DNA from: Felis catus
Lineage: Eukaryota
Length of the DNA stretch: 64,000 nt
Reading direction: 5' to 3'
Assembly (NCBI RefSeq): GCF_018350175.1
Contig: NC_058382.1
Span: 52,640,001-52,704,000, forward strand
The first letter of the stretch is position 1; each line of letters opens with the position of its first letter. Both the position numbers and the translations under genes were made by a program. Positions 60,951 to 64,000 of this stretch are shown in pieces. A model generated the notes under the pieces. It did not search any database, was not told the origin of the DNA, and was given only the letters and a program-made list of their open reading frames with translations.

Positions 60951-61469
60951 TCACACACGCCTCCCCATAAAGATGGAGAGGCCCATAGAGATGGAGAAGG
61001 ATCATGTTCACACCATATATCTTAAATATCAAGTTTTCACACAGCCATAGTATTTTTTTTAAGTATTTGAGCATCCATACCTTTAGCCAAGATTTATTGA
61101 GTGCCTTTGCTGTGTGGTTGGGACAGCCATGAACAGGCGGGTGTGAATGTGGGTAAGCTAATTGACCCAACGGGATTCCTTTTCTCATCAGCGAAATACA
61201 AATAAAACACATGAAGTGCAGTCCAGTGATATCCTGAATGAGATCCTAAAGCAGAAATGAGAAAATAGTAATGACATGGTGCTATCCAAATGACATTTGT
61301 TGCTTACTTAAGAGTAATGTACCAGTGTTAATTCCTTAAGGTTATCTTGGTCATGTGGGATGTCGACATCAAAGAAAATGGGATGAAGGGTTGCAACTTT
61401 CCTGTAGAAGTAAAATTATTCTGAAATTAAAAGATTATTTAAAGAAAAAACCCCTTACTCCACAGTAAT

Positions 61470-61842
61470 TGCATTAGTCAGCTTGCACTGCCGTAACAAA
61501 AGACCAGAGATTTGGTTGACTTAAATAAGAGAAATTTGGGTTTCCATAGTTCAAGAGGCTGGGAGGTTCAAGATCAAGGTGCTGGCTCATGTGGTTCATG
61601 GTAAGGGCCCTCCTAGTGGCTTCCAGATGGCCTCTTTCTCGCTGTGTCCTCACGTGGCAGAGAAGGAGAACCCTGATGTCTCTCTTCTTATAAGAACACC
61701 AATCGTGTGACACGAGGGCCTTACCCTTACGACCTCACTTAACCTTCATTATCTCCTTATAGGCCCTTTTTCCAAATACAGTCACATTGGGAGTTAGGGC
61801 CACAACATAGCAATTTGAGAGGGACACTTTCGACCCACAGCA
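61470..61842 (-). mobile_element. ERVL-MaLR solo LTR (MLT1A-like)
   Basis: TG...CA bounded, about 370 bp; CTGCCGTAACAAAAGACCA, GTTCAAGATCAAGGTGCTGGC, TCTCTTCTTATAAGAACACCAATC, CCAAATACAGTCACATTGGGAGTTAGGGC. Confidence 0.9.
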
Positions 61843-61849
61843 ATAACAA

Positions 61850-62410
61850 TTATTAAATCATTTGGAAAGATTTGTTAACAGTATCTACATAAACTGAACA
61901 TGAGACTATCTGATCACCTGGCAATTCCACTCCTTAAGTATATGTTCACCAGAAGACAAGTACAAGAATATAAATAGCAGCATTAATGATGACTTAAAAC
62001 TATAAGCTACCCAAGTGTCTACCGAAGATAGGATAGATAAATAAATCATGGTATTTTCACACAGTGAGACACTGCACACTTAGGAGCATAAATGCACCAA
62101 CAACTAAACCAAATAATATGGATTAACCTTACAAACATGATATTGTCAGAAAGAAGGCAGATACAGAAGACTGCATTCCATGTGACCCCATTTATAGGAA
62201 GTTTATTAAAAAAAAAAAGCAAACTATCCATGTATTGAAGTCACAGGTAGAGACTGGATGGGGGCATGAGTGGGCTGTCAGATGTGCTGATATTCGGTTA
62301 CTTGATCAGGGTGCTGGGGTATGTTCAGTTTGTGAAAATACATTTAGTGACTCACATATGTTTTGTGCTTTTTTTTTTTTTTGAGTGTATATTTTACTCC
62401 AATGAAAAGT
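61850..62410 (+). mobile_element. Old L1M(E/B) 3' fragment
   Basis: GCAATTCCACTCCTTAAGTAT, GGATAGATAAATAAATCATGGTAT, AGAAAGAAGGCAGATACAGAAGA, GTTCAGTTTGTGAAAAT. Confidence 0.8.
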
Positions 62411-63460
62411 TCAGACACACCCAAAATCTTATCCCCTGGCAGTTGAGAGAATCAAATAAGGTAATGAACATAAAGCATTCTCATTACATTTCATTTATTT
62501 TTCTTCTCTTCGTTCCCAGTCTCAATTTACATAGTCAGAGACCCTGCCACATCATCTGGTTCTTACCCATGTCATTGGGTTACTCCTCCCAGCACAGCGT
62601 TTTCTTCTTGACCCAATGGCACCCGTGGTGTAATGAGTGTCATGGCAGCCCTGAAATGTCTCAAGATCTCCTCTCGTGTGGGGTATATTACATGGTCAAC
62701 TAACCCTACAAGGAGCTCATTCTTGGTGGTGGTGGTAGTGAGGGGGATATTACTAATCACTCTGAACTTTTTTTTTTAGTTCTTATCATTTGTAAATGGG
62801 AAAGGAGCATGGAAAAAAAAAAACATACTCCTGCCTTCTTCCATCTGTATTTTCTTTACTAAATTATCCAGTCTTATAAATATTTGAATAACATTTGGTC
62901 AGGATAAAATCTTTCCTGTCAGCTCAGTACAAGAACACTTTTTGGCTCCTGAGACCATAACAGTCAGATAAATTAATATTGATTTGTTAGAAAATAGTTT
63001 TCACTCTGTCTAAACATCTTATTCTGGGCTCTTGAACCAAAATTATGAATTTAAAAGCAGCAAAATAGTTCTTCACAGTTTTCCCAGTGAAACTAATTAT
63101 GGGCGGATTGTGAAAAATGTATTGGATGTGATTTCCAACATAGAGTTCTGCTAACCAAAATTCACAGAAACCTGAGGCTCGATGTCTGATTTATTTGAGC
63201 AAGTTGCGATTTGGTAGACTGGAGAATATATGTAAATAGTTTTTGCAATTTCCACAGGGATAACTCAATACATTAATGTCTCATGTATGGCAGAAGATGA
63301 AGGGGGAAACTTTTTTTTTAGTGATTCCTTATATTTTAAGGTAATAAATGGTCACTGATAATATAGTATTAAATGTATAATACTGTAATAATTTTATGAC
63401 ATCATAGACTGCAGAACAAAGCTTGATTTGTTACTAAATTGTTAATGTGGCATTCACTTC

Positions 63461-64000
63461 TTTGTCGAGTTTTATTGAGAAGTAATTGACGTACATCACT
63501 GTCTAAATTTAAGACATACAGCATGATGGTTTGATTTACATAGATTGTGATGATTACAATAGGTTTAGCTAACATCCATTTTCTCATATACATACAATAA
63601 AAAGAAAAGAAAAAACAGGAACAAAAATGTTTTCTTGTGATGAGAACCCTTAGGGTTTACTCTCTTAACAGCTTTTCCATCTATCATATTGCAGTGTTAG
63701 CTCTCGTGACTGTGCTGTACATGCTATCCCTAGAGCTTACTTACCTTCTAACTAGAAATTTGTACCTTTGACCACCTTCCCTAATTCCCCCTTTCCTGAC
63801 TCTTCATCTCCGGTAACCTTAAGTCTAGTCTCTACGAGATTGCTTTTGTTTGTTTGTTTGTTTATTCCACATTTAAGTAAGATTATACAGTACTTCTCTT
63901 TGTCTGTCGGACTTATTTCACTTAGCATAATGCGTTCAGGGTTCACCCACACTGTCACAAATGGTAGGATTCTCTCATTTTTTATGGCTGAATAATATTC
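63461..64000 (-). mobile_element. LINE-1 3' UTR (L1MA/L1_Carn-like), continues past the window end
   Basis: TTTATTGAGAAGTAATTGAC...ACAGCATGATGGTTTGATTTACA...TTGTGATGAGAAC...ACTTATTTCACTTAGCATAATG...TTTTTATGGCTGAATAATATTC; ORF 63752-63958 (WVNPERIMLSEIS) is the end of ORF2. Confidence 0.92.

Overview
Mammalian, non-coding DNA from a carnivore, almost certainly a felid: it carries many tRNA-derived Can-SINEs, including young copies of the cat SINEC_Fc type. I find no protein-coding exon, RNA gene or CRISPR-like system. The only ORFs with recognisable protein similarity are decayed retrotransposon reading frames: LINE-1 ORF2 near 8.2-9.8 kb and a probable ancient RTE-clade reverse transcriptase near 49.5-50.4 kb. 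The window is a mosaic of SINEs (Can-SINE, MIR), LINEs (L1, L2, probable RTE/L4), solo LTRs (MLT1, MLT2, one probable ERV1-class LTR), DNA transposons (Tigger2a, MER5A, MER58A, MER20B, MER63A) and microsatellites. Between them lie repeat-free blocks rich in homeodomain, HOX13, TCF and MEF2 motifs, which is what a large intron or gene desert of a developmental regulator typically looks like; I cannot identify the host gene. The best-supported curiosities are insertion-mechanism fossils (two SINEs in tandem with three target-site copies, two hAT elements sharing a target-site duplication), a 196-nt pure pyrimidine expansion inside a SINE, the RTE remnant, and candidate enhancers. I cannot support a previously undescribed biological system from the sequence alone. 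Repeat subfamily names come from recalled consensus sequences, not a database search, and boundaries of old repeats are approximate.
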